Positions 30,696-40,944 are shown, numbered from the stretch's first letter. The stretch: DNA of 64,000 nt from Pelagomonas calceolata (GCA_918797485.1 CAKKNE010000001.1:558001-622000), one strand, 5' to 3'. Numbers and translations are program-made. Notes: generated from the letters alone by a model not told the origin.

Positions 30696-32819
30696 CTAAA
30701 TGCCCGTCGTCGCGCGCTCCGACGCCGTCGCGACGACGACGTCCCTCTTCAGCCCGAGCCGCGCGTCGAATTTCTCGTCCGTATACGGCGCCGAGGTCAG
30801 GACGTAGGCCGGGTCGACGCCGGCCGCGAGACACGCCTCGACGCGCGGGCGGTAGCGCCGCTCGAGGCTGTAGCTCGGGATGGCGGGAATTCTGATGATG
30901 TGGTCGCGAAGTTCTGATGAAGAGAGGCCCGTCGCCCGTAGCAAGTAGTCGAGCTTCGGCTTTAAATTATCATCGACGCTGAGGTACAATAAAGGCGGAC
31001 TCGCCACGACGACCCTCGCCAACTGCTTCTCATCCAAACCGAGGCGCCGCTCCAGCCAGGCGCAGTTCGACTCCATGCGCTCTATCCTTAACCCCAGCAG
31101 CGTCGGATACGCCACGACCATCTTCCTCAGTCCCGCGTCGCCCAAGTCGAGCCGCCTCTGGAGCCAGGCGAGGGTCGGCGCGACGTTGTCCACAACACTT
31201 AAACCCAGCAGGGGCGGGAGCGCCAGGACCATCCTCTTCAGCCCCGCGTCGCTGAGTTCGAGGCGCGTCCGTAACCACCCGAGCGTCGGCTTCATGTTGT
31301 CGTCGACGCTGTAGCCCAGCAGCGACTGGGACGTTAGAATCATCTTCTTGAGTTGCGCATCGTCCAGGTCGAGGCGCGTCTGGAGCCAGTCGAGCTTCGG
31401 CGCCAGGTTGTCCTCGACGCGGTAGCCCAGCAGAGCCGGAAACGGCACCACCACCTTCTTCAGCTGCGCCGCGTCCAGGTCGAGGCGTCGCTGGAGCCAG
31501 TCGAGCTTCGGCTCCATGGTGTCCTCGACGCTGTACCCCAGCAGTGGCGGAAGCCTCAGAACCATCTTCCTCAACTGCGCCGCGTCCAGACCGAGGCGGC
31601 GCTGGAGCCAGTCGAGCGTCGGCGCCAGGGTCTCCTCGACGCCTAGATTCAGCAACGACGGATGCGTCACAACCATCCTCTTCAGTTGCCCCGCGTCCAG
31701 CTCGAGGCGCGTCTGGAACCAATCCAGCTTCGGCGCGACGGCAGCTCTCGCTCCCACGAGCAGATGCCGCGCCACCCTTTCCAGCTCCGCCTTAGACAAG
31801 GCGAGCCGCGTCCGTAGCAGGTCGTCCACTTGTGCAGGCTTCGACAGAGTGCCGAACGCCCGGCGTGGTGCGGCGACCGCCGCGTTTTGTCGGGGCCTCG
31901 AAACATCGGTGCTAAACGTCCGTCGCGGCGGCGCCGCGACCGGCGGCCGCGCCGCGTCTCGCTCCGCCTCCGCGGCCTCCCGTCGGAGCCGCGCAGCCTC
32001 TGCAAACAGCGACGCAGCGTCATCGCCGCCGGGGGCCGCGCGATCGTCGCCGCCCCAGAACGCCTCCTCGTCGGCGCGTCTTCTCGACTCAAAGTCCGCG
32101 AGCGCCACGCGCTCCTCCCGCGAGAGCTCGGGATGAAACACGTCGAAGAAGAGCACGACGCGCTCGCGCTCCGAGTCGTTGAAGGCCGCGTGCTCGAAGG
32201 ACGTCTGCAGCGGCGGCGCGAGCGCGCCGCGGGCCCACTCTATTGGAGACGCTTCCCTGGAAGTCGTGAAGAAGAGGCGGCAGTCCTCGGGCACGGCGAC
32301 CCCCAGGTGGCACGTCAACAAGAAGTTCACCATGTCCGAGTGGGGCGGCACGTGCGACTGCGGTCCTTGCCGCGCGAAGAAGGCGAGGCGCGTCGCGCCG
32401 ACGGGGTCTTCACCTGAAACGTGCTCGAGCGCTTTGATCGTTTCCGGGAATTGTTTACGAGCGCCCGGCATAATTTCTCCTTGTTTCGCGATGTCCAAAC
32501 CGGCGTAGTCGTCTCCATAATCTCCGCCAAAATAAGGTGCAAGTTCCACAGTGTTTGACGCGGCGACGTACTCGGCGGCGATAATATCAGCGTGTGCTTC
32601 TAACTCATCGGCCCACGCCGGCCGCGGCCACGCCGGGCGCTCGCTCAGGCCCGGGTAGTCGCCGCGGGCCCGCAACGTCTGGCCCCGCGCGGCGTAGGGC
32701 TCGTCGTCGGATTCGGCCCATTTACGGACGAAGGCCTCGAAGCGCTCCGTCGGTGCTGCTGCGAGTAATGATGTTGCGGTCTTCTGCCGCGCGGCGCGCC
32801 AGGCGGCGGCCGCGGCCAT
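30696..32819 (-). CDS. Aspartyl/asparaginyl beta-hydroxylase-like 2OG dioxygenase domain fused to an mTERF repeat array
   Basis: HVPPHSD, LTCHLG, SFEHAAFN, RVVLFFDVFHPEL; then about 36-aa repeats PKLDWLQ.RLDLD.AQL.KMV...P.LLGYSVE, ending YSLERRYRPR. Confidence 0.82.
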   Translation of the reverse strand: MAAAAAWRAARQKTATSLLAAAPTERFEAFVRKWAESDDEPYAARGQTLRARGDYPGLSERPAWPRPAWADELEAHADIIAAEYVAASNTVELAPYFGGDYGDDYAGLDIAKQGEIMPGARKQFPETIKALEHVSGEDPVGATRLAFFARQGPQSHVPPHSDMVNFLLTCHLGVAVPEDCRLFFTTSREASPIEWARGALAPPLQTSFEHAAFNDSERERVVLFFDVFHPELSREERVALADFESRRRADEEAFWGGDDRAAPGGDDAASLFAEAARLRREAAEAERDAARPPVAAPPRRTFSTDVSRPRQNAAVAAPRRAFGTLSKPAQVDDLLRTRLALSKAELERVARHLLVGARAAVAPKLDWFQTRLELDAGQLKRMVVTHPSLLNLGVEETLAPTLDWLQRRLGLDAAQLRKMVLRLPPLLGYSVEDTMEPKLDWLQRRLDLDAAQLKKVVVPFPALLGYRVEDNLAPKLDWLQTRLDLDDAQLKKMILTSQSLLGYSVDDNMKPTLGWLRTRLELSDAGLKRMVLALPPLLGLSVVDNVAPTLAWLQRRLDLGDAGLRKMVVAYPTLLGLRIERMESNCAWLERRLGLDEKQLARVVVASPPLLYLSVDDNLKPKLDYLLRATGLSSSELRDHIIRIPAIPSYSLERRYRPRVEACLAAGVDPAYVLTSAPYTDEKFDARLGLKRDVVVATASERATTGI

Positions 32820-33276
32820 CGCTTTTTTGCTGCGGTGAGTGCAGGCCAGCGGGCTGCCAGTGAGAGCAGTCTGCAGTGGTCCCCCAATGCTTCGATCCGC
32901 CCCCAGCGCTTCACACCACGTCAAATGCTATACGCACGTGTCGAATTATCAGCCCTAGGCTCGACTAGGCCGGTGCAGCGGACTCCGGCGCTTTGAGCCG
33001 CATACGCGCTAGCGTACATCGACACTAGGATCAACCCAGCTTTTCACAGGGCTTTGTAGGGCCTGCGTAGCGCGCCAGAGGACCGAGGACCGCACACAAA
33101 CTTCCTAGGCGTCGCCTACTACTGGCCAAACGCCCTGCGCCCGCCGCCGCGGCCCCTGCGACCGCCGCCCGAGAGCATCTCTGGCAGCACCCAGAGAGGA
33201 AATAATCGAAATAATCTCCGGCAGCACCTGAGAGGAGCAGAGGAGAGCCAGTTAAGCGGTCACACGGCACCTCATC

Positions 33277-33732
33277 ATGCCTGGAGCCACCCACAGCCCC
33301 ATCACCCCCGAACGGCAGGCGGAGCTCCACGAGGCCTGGAATTTAATTGCCGAGAAGAAGGGCGGCCTCCGCAAAAAGGAGGTCTATAAGGTACTTCGAG
33401 CGCTGGGCATGGCCCCCACGGACGCCGAGTGGCGCGACCTCTGGACGCGCATGGAGCCGGTCCACGGGAAAGTGGAATATCACCAGTTCTCGCATGTTTT
33501 GGAGGAGACCTTGGAGGCGTCATTCAACGTCGATCGCATCAACCAGGCTTTCGAACTGTTCGACACCGATAGGAAGCAGTACTTCGACGCGAACGATCTA
33601 GACAGGGTCATGCGGTCGCTCGGGGAACACTTAACGGAGGAGCAGATCAAGGACATGATCGGCGAGGTCGACTGCCAGGGCGACGCGCGGGTCAATCGCG
33701 ACGAGTTCCTCGAGATGATGTGCAACTTCTAA
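33277..33732 (+). CDS. Calmodulin/centrin-like EF-hand protein
   Basis: LRALGMAPTDAE, AFELFDTDR, VMRSLGEHLTEEQIKDMIGEVD. Confidence 0.9.
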   Translation: MPGATHSPITPERQAELHEAWNLIAEKKGGLRKKEVYKVLRALGMAPTDAEWRDLWTRMEPVHGKVEYHQFSHVLEETLEASFNVDRINQAFELFDTDRKQYFDANDLDRVMRSLGEHLTEEQIKDMIGEVDCQGDARVNRDEFLEMMCNF

Positions 33733-33937
33733 GAGGGTTTTGTGTACTAGTCGTCGCGTCGACGGCGCAGTGCGACGGCACCGCTCGCGGGGCAGACGCC
33801 CGACACCCCAGGGCGTCCCCGGCCCCAAGCACGGATCCGGGGAGCCCGGGATCGGTCCAGAGGCCGCGCGTCACAACGACCCGACTGGTGCGTTCGTGGC
33901 GACGAGGCGCCTCATTTGAGCAGCGCGCTCGAATAGC

Positions 33938-34654
33938 ATGGTGCGCTTCGCGCGGCCGGCCCTCTGGGCGCTGCAGGCGCGCGCCGTCGCCGCGACCACC
34001 GCCGTCCAGAGACGAGGGGCAGCGCGCGCCGCCGCGGCGTATGACCTCCCGCCGCTCCCTGAGGTGACCTCGGCGTCGCTCGCGAAGCACATCTACTATT
34101 CCGGTACGGCGAACTGGCTCCTGCCGGGGCGCGTGTTGCTGGGCGCGAATCCTACGCGCGGGAGCGTGGACGCCGTCGCGCGGAGTTGCGACGCCGCCGT
34201 GAGTCTCCAGGAGCCCCACGAGACAAATGCGGTCTACGACCACGCATTCAGCTCATGGACGTCGTATCCGCTTCCTGATTTGGCGCCGGCGCCGAGCCTC
34301 GACGCGCTCGACGGGATCGTGCAGAAACTCGCCGCGCGAGTGAGAAATGGAGAGATTGTGTACGTGCACTGCGCCTACGGGAGAGGTAGGACGGGCCTCG
34401 TCGCGGCATCATTGTTAGGTGCGCTCTACCCCGACCTGGGCGCCGACGAGGCGCTGGCGCGCGTCGACGCGTACTACCAGACGAGGGGAGAAACCGACGG
34501 CGCGACGTCGCCGGAGACGGAGCCGCAGCGGGAGCAAAAACGCCATTTTTGTGGACAATTTGAACCGCGCGGTGCCACGCCACCATCATTTGCCCACCGC
34601 CCTTCCGTGAAGTCGCCCCAGATGTTCGGCTGGTTTTTGAGGGATTCCCAGTAG
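33938..34654 (+). CDS. Dual-specificity/PTP-like phosphatase (C-terminus atypical, overlapping an antisense gene)
   Basis: NWLLPGRVLLG, VYVHCAYGRGRTG (HCx5R), SPETEPQREQ. Confidence 0.85.
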   Translation: MVRFARPALWALQARAVAATTAVQRRGAARAAAAYDLPPLPEVTSASLAKHIYYSGTANWLLPGRVLLGANPTRGSVDAVARSCDAAVSLQEPHETNAVYDHAFSSWTSYPLPDLAPAPSLDALDGIVQKLAARVRNGEIVYVHCAYGRGRTGLVAASLLGALYPDLGADEALARVDAYYQTRGETDGATSPETEPQREQKRHFCGQFEPRGATPPSFAHRPSVKSPQMFGWFLRDSQ

Positions 34655-35082
34655 TCGGCGTCCGGCTTCTCGGGGTGCGTCGACTCCTCGGGGTAGTCGT
34701 CGTAGGGAAACTCGACGTCGGGCGGGTGCTCGGGGCACGAGCCGTGGTAGCTACAGTGCGTCTCCTCGCACGCCTCGAAGACGCAGTCCCACCACTTGTA
34801 ATATCTATCGAGACACGCCTCGCGCTCCTCGTTCTCCGATGACGTCTCCTCCGGAAAGGTCGTCATGCAGTATTTTACGGTTTTTGGTAGGCGGCCGCAG
34901 CCCGAATACGTGTTCGGCTTCGGGACCAGATGAGCTTTCAAGCAGGCCTGGTAGGGCCCTCCCCTACTGTGCGGGTAGTACGTGTCCTCCTCCCATTGCT
35001 GGTAGGGCGTCTTGGCGTAGGGCGTCTCGGCTGCCGCGCGCAGAGGCAGGAGGAGGAGGGTGGCGTGCCGCCGGCGCGGCAT
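34474..35082 (-). CDS. Secreted Cys-rich hypothetical protein
   Basis: Signal-like TLLLLPLRAAA; multiple Cys; coding-like codon usage. Confidence 0.6.
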   Translation of the reverse strand: MPRRRHATLLLLPLRAAAETPYAKTPYQQWEEDTYYPHSRGGPYQACLKAHLVPKPNTYSGCGRLPKTVKYCMTTFPEETSSENEEREACLDRYYKWWDCVFEACEETHCSYHGSCPEHPPDVEFPYDDYPEESTHPEKPDADYWESLKNQPNIWGDFTEGRWANDGGVAPRGSNCPQKWRFCSRCGSVSGDVAPSVSPLVW

Positions 35083-35187
35083 GATGGCGTTGGCGTTCCG
35101 CCGGCGCGGCATGATGCTGCCAAGGTCTCCTCTTTGTGCACGGTCAACGGCTGCCCGGCGTTTCGTAACGGCTGCCCGGCGTTTCGT
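35059..35187. repeat. Two short local tandem duplications (about 30 bp around the start codon; 21 bp AACGGCTGCCCGGCGTTTCGT x2)
   Basis: GCCGGCGCGGCATGATG appears twice; the 21-mer is directly repeated. Confidence 0.8.
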
Positions 35188-35594
35188 ATCGACTTGTGTG
35201 ATGCAAGATCACTGCCTTTTGCTGCACTCGCTGCCGCGCGTCGCAATGGGAGGCGAAACACACCCACTCAAGTTTTTGCTGCTGGCTGGACCCGCACGTA
35301 ACGCAAGCGGTTTCTTGCTCGCGCTGGTGCTTGTTCAAGGGGTCTTGACGCCTGCTATGGATCCATCGGATGATTCCGCGCGCTGGCTCTCCGGTCCAAC
35401 ACACTGGCACGAGCCCCTGTAGCAGTGGCGAGAAATACGTGCGTGCGTGTTGTCGAAGCCAGTAGGCGCGACTGAGAGTACCTCACAAGTGTCTCAAAGA
35501 GTCGCCGCTGCAGCCGCGCCGTTTTCGCTTCATTCCGAGGCGTTGCAAGCCCGCAGTGTCAGACTGTAGGGGCTCCCGCCGCGCGCCAAGCCGA

Positions 35595-37538
35595 ATGAAA
35601 CTCGTCGGCATGGCCCTCCTGTTGGGCGCATGCCGGGCGCTGCGCCCCGCCGCCCGGCTGACGCGCACGCGCCTCCGCGCGTCGACGACCGTCGCCGAGG
35701 ACACCGTGCCGCCCGTCACCTTACTAAGTGGTTTTCTGGGAGCCGGCAAGACGTCGATGCTCACGTCCATTTTACAGAACCGAGAAGACCTGAAAGTAGC
35801 GGTGGTCGTGAATGATGTGGCCGCGGTGAATGTGGATGGATCTATTGTGAAAAGAGAGTTAGTAGAAACGGACGGCGAGCCCGTCGAACTGTTAGAACTA
35901 CAGAACGGGTGTGTCTGCTGCGGTCCCGAAGCGGGCGAACTCGCGCAGAGCATAAGAGGCATGGTGAAGGGGCGAGGCTTCGACCACGTCGTCGTCGAAC
36001 TGAGCGGCGTCGCGGACCCGTCGGTCGTCAAGGCTAATTTAAAACAAGGAGATGTGGATGTGGAACGAGTGGTCACGTTGGTCGACGCGCCGGCCTTCTG
36101 CGAGCAGTGGATGAGTTATGATGTGATGGAAGATAGGATTAAGGACGACAATGAAGATCCTTACCACCCTACAAGCATGAAGAAGGCTTTGGCATCCAAA
36201 GCTGATCTGGAGGCCGATCCCTGTGCGGCGGGGCAAAAGGTCGCCGCTTTATTAGCGGCGCAGGTCGAGTGCGCTGATGTGATTGCAGTTAACAAAATCG
36301 ACCAGGCTGCTCAAGATACGGAGCAGGCCGTCGTCACGTGCTCGGCGTTGATGCCCGACGCGAAAGTGCTGCGGACGGAATATGGGCGGGCGCCGTTATC
36401 TGAATTATTACCGGAGAAGTGCACTGTGAGCGGTGAAACGTTGTCGACGTGCAGTGAACCGTGCTGCGACGAGGTTTCAGGACACGAGTGGGCGGGCGTG
36501 TTCTCACTGGAAGAGGGTTCATACGAGTGGACGGCGCAGCAAGTAGGTGGTAAATATGCGGATCCGGCCATGCGGATGGTCGTGTTGCGGGCGTCTGGTG
36601 TGACGCGGGACGCTCTTGAGAGTGTAGAAGGGTTGGGCGAGGCGCTGATCAAGAGCGACAAGTGTGTCGACGTCGAAAGTGGCGGTGTTATTACCCCAGG
36701 CAAGTGCTACAACCTCGTCTTCGACCAATCATCTGAGGAGACCAAGTTTACCATAGAAAGTAGTGGTCCAACCGCGATCTTCACGGAGCACTTTCCCACG
36801 GAATTCGAGGCGGATACACATTATTTACGACGGAACGGCGAGGATATCGAACCCGCAGCAGAGTTAGGAGAAAGCGGCCACTCGCACGAGCACGGGCACT
36901 CGCACGACTTGCCGAGCCACGCGACGGACTTCGGCAACTTCGTCTACACGCAGAAGCGGCCCTTCAACTACGATAGATTACTGGGCATGATCTCGCGGTG
37001 GCCGATCCCGCAGAAGACGATGCTCGACGTGCGCGACTTGAAGCCGGGCGGCGCGGGCGTGAAGGGCGTCGAGTCCCCCTGGGAGAGTGTTTTGCGGTCC
37101 AAGGGCACGGTCTGGTTGGATACGCATCCCCGCCGCATGATTCAATGGGCTTATGCCGGAAGGCATTTCGGCCTCGACGACGTGGGGCCCTGGGCCGGCG
37201 ACGAGCAGAAATCGGAGATCGTGATCATCGGCCAGGGGCTGGACGAAGCGACGTTACGGAGCGACTTGGACGAGGCGCTGTGTACGGATGCTGAGTTGGA
37301 CGAGATGGAAAAAAGAGTCGAGGGCGGCGGGGGGTTGCGGTTCGCGGTGGGCACGTCGGTAGAGTGCAACGTCGGCGACGAGACCTGGATGCGCGGCACG
37401 GTAGTAGCTTTAGACTACGTGGAAGAAGGCTGGGACCAGCCCGCGCCGTACCAAGTCGAGCTCGAGGACGGGACGCTCATCTTCGCGCCCATCGACGAGG
37501 ACTGGGTCATCCGCAAACAGCTCGCGGCGAAGGCGTAA
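35595..37538 (+). CDS. COG0523/CobW (ZNG1-like) metallochaperone GTPase with presequence, an inserted domain, His-rich linker, CobW_C and C-terminal SH3-like domain
   Basis: TLLSGFLGAGKT, VAVVVND, ELQNGCVCC, VELSGVADP, NKID, HSHEHGHSH, VLRSKGTVW, LRFAVGTSVECN...PYQVEL. Confidence 0.93.
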   Translation: MKLVGMALLLGACRALRPAARLTRTRLRASTTVAEDTVPPVTLLSGFLGAGKTSMLTSILQNREDLKVAVVVNDVAAVNVDGSIVKRELVETDGEPVELLELQNGCVCCGPEAGELAQSIRGMVKGRGFDHVVVELSGVADPSVVKANLKQGDVDVERVVTLVDAPAFCEQWMSYDVMEDRIKDDNEDPYHPTSMKKALASKADLEADPCAAGQKVAALLAAQVECADVIAVNKIDQAAQDTEQAVVTCSALMPDAKVLRTEYGRAPLSELLPEKCTVSGETLSTCSEPCCDEVSGHEWAGVFSLEEGSYEWTAQQVGGKYADPAMRMVVLRASGVTRDALESVEGLGEALIKSDKCVDVESGGVITPGKCYNLVFDQSSEETKFTIESSGPTAIFTEHFPTEFEADTHYLRRNGEDIEPAAELGESGHSHEHGHSHDLPSHATDFGNFVYTQKRPFNYDRLLGMISRWPIPQKTMLDVRDLKPGGAGVKGVESPWESVLRSKGTVWLDTHPRRMIQWAYAGRHFGLDDVGPWAGDEQKSEIVIIGQGLDEATLRSDLDEALCTDAELDEMEKRVEGGGGLRFAVGTSVECNVGDETWMRGTVVALDYVEEGWDQPAPYQVELEDGTLIFAPIDEDWVIRKQLAAKA

Positions 37539-37571
37539 AGACTACTTTGTACTTATAACACATCAAAAATT

Positions 37572-38303
37572 TCAGCGGGAGAGGGCGCGGTTCAGCGACG
37601 CCTGGCGCATGAGGCCCCGCGGCCGCACGACCACGCCGCTCTCCACGATAACGTCTTCGCTCGATCGCTCCATCGCCTCGACGACGGGGCCCTTCGCGTT
37701 GACGACGACGACGGCCGGCTTCTCCAGTAAACTCTTCGTCATGAACGCGCTGCCCCAGCCCTCGTGGCAGCAGCCGTAGGGCCGGCCGAAGCACACCGTC
37801 ACGAAGCAGCACTCGCAGCACTCGTCGCAGCCGTCCTGGTGGGGTTGCTCCTCGAAACCGAACCGCTGATACAGCCCCTGCGCCCGGTTGCCCCGTAGTA
37901 CCGCGAGCGACATGACGGTGTCGCCTCTCAATACCGCTTGCGCTTCGGCCCACTGAAGAAGCTTCGTGCCGACGCCCTTGCCCCGCGCGTCGGCGCTCAC
38001 GGCCAATTCCTCGACGTAGAGCTCGCCCGGCTTCGGTTTATGTAAATCACATTTCATGCCGTGGCCGCAGCAGTACACGAAGCCCAGGACCTTATCCGTG
38101 GCCTCGTCGACGGCGACGGCGTAGAGCGCTTTGTGCTCGGGCGCCTGCTTCTCGCGCTGCGCGCGCCACTCGCCGAAGCCGCCGCAGCACGACCACGGGA
38201 GCACGCAGCAGAACTTCTTCGAGGACAGGAAGGCGTGTTCTATCTCATAGTTTTCGCGGTACCTCGCTGGGGTCAGGACCTCTATGCGGATGCTGGACGC
38301 CAT
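37572..38303 (-). CDS. GNAT acetyltransferase with Cys-rich motifs
   Basis: ELYVEELAVSADARGKGVGTKLL, NRAQGLYQRFGF. Confidence 0.88.
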   Translation of the reverse strand: MASSIRIEVLTPARYRENYEIEHAFLSSKKFCCVLPWSCCGGFGEWRAQREKQAPEHKALYAVAVDEATDKVLGFVYCCGHGMKCDLHKPKPGELYVEELAVSADARGKGVGTKLLQWAEAQAVLRGDTVMSLAVLRGNRAQGLYQRFGFEEQPHQDGCDECCECCFVTVCFGRPYGCCHEGWGSAFMTKSLLEKPAVVVVNAKGPVVEAMERSSEDVIVESGVVVRPRGLMRQASLNRALSR

Positions 38304-38527
38304 ATCGCTGCGGCGGCGTGCGTGGGACTGTGTCTAGGTGACCCTGATGACCAGATGTGTGATGCAGCGCAGAAAATCTTCTTAGAATCGTAGGGATGGT
38401 TTCGCTGGACAACCAGCTGTACAGGCGCGTCCTGCCGTATTCAAATCCTTAATCAGCTGTGCCGATTCACCGTTCGAGCCTCTCTCGACCCGGCATGGAG
38501 CTAGCGGTAGTAAGACACTAGCAAACA

Positions 38528-39124
38528 TTAGCTCCCCGACTCCTCCGGCGGCGCGAGCTGCTTGTACATCATATCATAGCCCTTGCTTCCGAAGAACAAG
38601 CTAAAACAGCAACAGTCGAGACACTCCTTGCACCAGGACTGTTTCTTCGCCACGTAGCCCAGCCGCTCGTAGAGGCCAAACGAGGGATTCCCGCGCAACA
38701 CGAGCAGAGAGAGCTTCGTCGCCCCTCGCTCGCGAGCCACGCCCTCGACCCAATTCATCAATTGGGTTCCGATACCGCGTCTCCGAAACGCCTTGTCGAC
38801 ACAGATCTCGTCCACGTAAATCTCGCCTTCCTTCGGCGTGTGCATGTCGCACGGATGGCCATAACCAGAGCAGTGGACGAAGCCCACGACTCGATCTGTC
38901 GACGCGTCGATGGCGACGGCACTTAGCGAAAGCTTGTCAACGGGCCATTTTTCGCGCTTCTTCGTCCAGCCCGCTTCGGTTTCTCCAGCGCTCGCGGGAA
39001 TGCAGCAACAACAGCGCTTGTAGGCGAGAAAGTCCAGGATGAGGGGGAACTCCTCGCTGTAGTGTTTGGGAGCCAGTAGTTCGATGCGAACGCTGGCTGG
39101 GCTCGGTTGTGGCGCGGTGCTCAT
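38528..39124 (-). CDS. GNAT acetyltransferase, tandem paralog of 37572-38303
   Basis: EIYVDEICVDKAFRRRGIGTQLM, NPSFGLYERLGY; shares IEL..P..Y, CC and CD.H.PK.GE motifs. Confidence 0.88.
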   Translation of the reverse strand: MSTAPQPSPASVRIELLAPKHYSEEFPLILDFLAYKRCCCCIPASAGETEAGWTKKREKWPVDKLSLSAVAIDASTDRVVGFVHCSGYGHPCDMHTPKEGEIYVDEICVDKAFRRRGIGTQLMNWVEGVARERGATKLSLLVLRGNPSFGLYERLGYVAKKQSWCKECLDCCCFSLFFGSKGYDMMYKQLAPPEESGS

Positions 39125-39383
39125 CGTAGCTGTGGCTGCGAGTGATCGGGCAGCCTTGATCGGCAATTATGGGCTTTTACGACGCTGCCCATGTGGTGCT
39201 AGTGTAGTAACATACTAGCTTTTAGCCGAGGCTGCTGTTGCTTGGGCGAGGCTCAGCGTACACGGGCGTTGTGAGCACACACAGACGTGTAACGGGCTGC
39301 TCAAATCGGTGCGATAGCGATTGCAGCGCTACATCGATTTGTGCCGACTCCAGGTGAGACTGCACACTGCACTGTGACTGCAG

Positions 39384-39998
39384 ATGGCTGCTCAGACCGC
39401 ATCGCTCGACGGCGCCACGGAAGTCCGCGACGTGCACTTGAAAGTCGACACGCGCTTCGCGAACGTGAAAGTAGTCGGCGAGGAGGGCATGGAGGCGAGA
39501 GACAAAAATATGCCGCGCAACCTCCACAACGCCGCCGAGCTCTTCCTGCGCTGCGGTCTTGTCGGAAACGCCGAGAAGCTGCAGGAGACGACGAACGCCA
39601 TGTACGCCGCGGCGTCTCGCGAGGCGCCTTCATGGCTGGTCACGTCTGCTGACGTCGCATCGATGGCGTGAACGTCAACACACAGGTTCAAAATCCTCGC
39701 GTCAGACCCCGACGGCGCGGCGCACTCGCTGGGGCGGGGCGCGGTCTGCTGGTCTTGTGGGTATTGCGGCCTGGCGAAAGACCCGGAAGCGAAGGCACCG
39801 GTCTGCGGCGCCTGCGGCGCCGACGACGCGAATTGGCTCCGCGTCCTCGCCGACAAGAAGCAGGAGGTGCCCTGGATCCAGGCCAAGACGCTGACGCCCG
39901 AAGAAGCCGCGCAGCGCAAGCAGGCGGAAATCGCGGCGAAGCGCGCCGAGGTCGAGGCGAACGTTAAAAAAGCACTAGCAGAACGGAGTAAGTCATGA
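39384..39998 (+). CDS. Hypothetical protein with a zinc-ribbon-like motif (CWSCGYC...CGAC); intron 39602-39685
   Basis: Splicing gives TTNAM-FKILASDPDG...CWSCGYCG...CGACG...LAERSKS-stop. Confidence 0.75.
39602..39685 (+). other. Spliceosomal intron (GTACGC...CACACAG), contains an in-frame stop
   Basis: Canonical ends; removal restores a long ORF. Confidence 0.8.
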
Positions 39999-40017
39999 TG
40001 TGTCAAAATTAGCAAAA

Positions 40018-40944
40018 CTAAAGGCTCGCAGCGAGGACGGCCTCCTCGATGTTCCCGATGCTCAGGGGCCCCGGCTGCGGGCCCTCGTCCGCCTCGGCAA
40101 AAGGCGTGCCGCCCCCTACGATGGTTTGAAAAGCCCGGTCGCCCGCGGCCTCGTCGTCCATGAACTCCACCTTCGCGTGCGTCGCCTCGTCCAATAAGGG
40201 GCGGATGCCGCGCCACGCCGCCGCGAAGAGCGGCGGCGCGCCGATCAGGATCGCCTTCTTGAGCGGGTACTGCCGCGCCACGTCCACCAGGCGCTTCGTG
40301 CACCTTAACGCCACGGGCCGCATGAGCTGCGGCCGGTTCGCGAGCTTGACGAGGATCGTCGGGCCCTCGTAGGCGTCGCCGCCGCCCCGCTCTTCCACAA
40401 GTTTCGCGCAGACCTCGTAGTGGAAGGCCACGTAGCGCTCAAAGGCGTCGACGCACTCGTCCGTCGACCACGCGTCGTAGGTCCAGGGGTGCCAGCGGCG
40501 GCCGTCAAAGAGCATGGCGACGTCGTGCGGTTCTTGCGCTTTCACTATACGTAAAGTGCCGCTCGCGCAGGCCGCGGGCGCCGCGGTCGGTAATGCCAAT
40601 GAAGTCGGCTTGACGCGCGCGAGCCAGGTCACGTGGGCCCTCAAATCATCCACGGGCGCGCCGACGTAGCGTTTCAGGGTCCGCGTCGATAATTGTAAAG
40701 CCGCGTCGTTGCGCGCCTTGCGCACGGCGGGGTCGAGGGCCGCGAGCGCCTCGTCGCGCCGCGCCGCCGGCGTCTTCGCGTCGTCGTCGTCGTCGTACAT
40801 TTCCTCGGCCTCGACGAGCGCGTCGGGCGTGCTCGCGAGGACCTGGAGGAGCTCCAGCGACATGGGGCCGTCGCTGCTGCCCGACGAGTCGCGCGAGACC
40901 TGGGGAACCGCTTCGGCCTCCTTAGATGTGTCCATGGCCGACAT
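40018..40944 (-). CDS. CRAL-TRIO/Sec14-like lipid-binding domain protein
   Basis: QYPLKKAILIGAPPLFAAAWRGIRPLLDEATHAKVEF. Confidence 0.75.
   Translation of the reverse strand: MSAMDTSKEAEAVPQVSRDSSGSSDGPMSLELLQVLASTPDALVEAEEMYDDDDDAKTPAARRDEALAALDPAVRKARNDAALQLSTRTLKRYVGAPVDDLRAHVTWLARVKPTSLALPTAAPAACASGTLRIVKAQEPHDVAMLFDGRRWHPWTYDAWSTDECVDAFERYVAFHYEVCAKLVEERGGGDAYEGPTILVKLANRPQLMRPVALRCTKRLVDVARQYPLKKAILIGAPPLFAAAWRGIRPLLDEATHAKVEFMDDEAAGDRAFQTIVGGGTPFAEADEGPQPGPLSIGNIEEAVLAASL

Noticed and set aside
30900..31760. 108-bp tandem repeats (also 43500-44150) as a possible CRISPR array or satellite
   Set aside because: They are in-frame coding mTERF repeats with no unique spacers, in a eukaryotic context.
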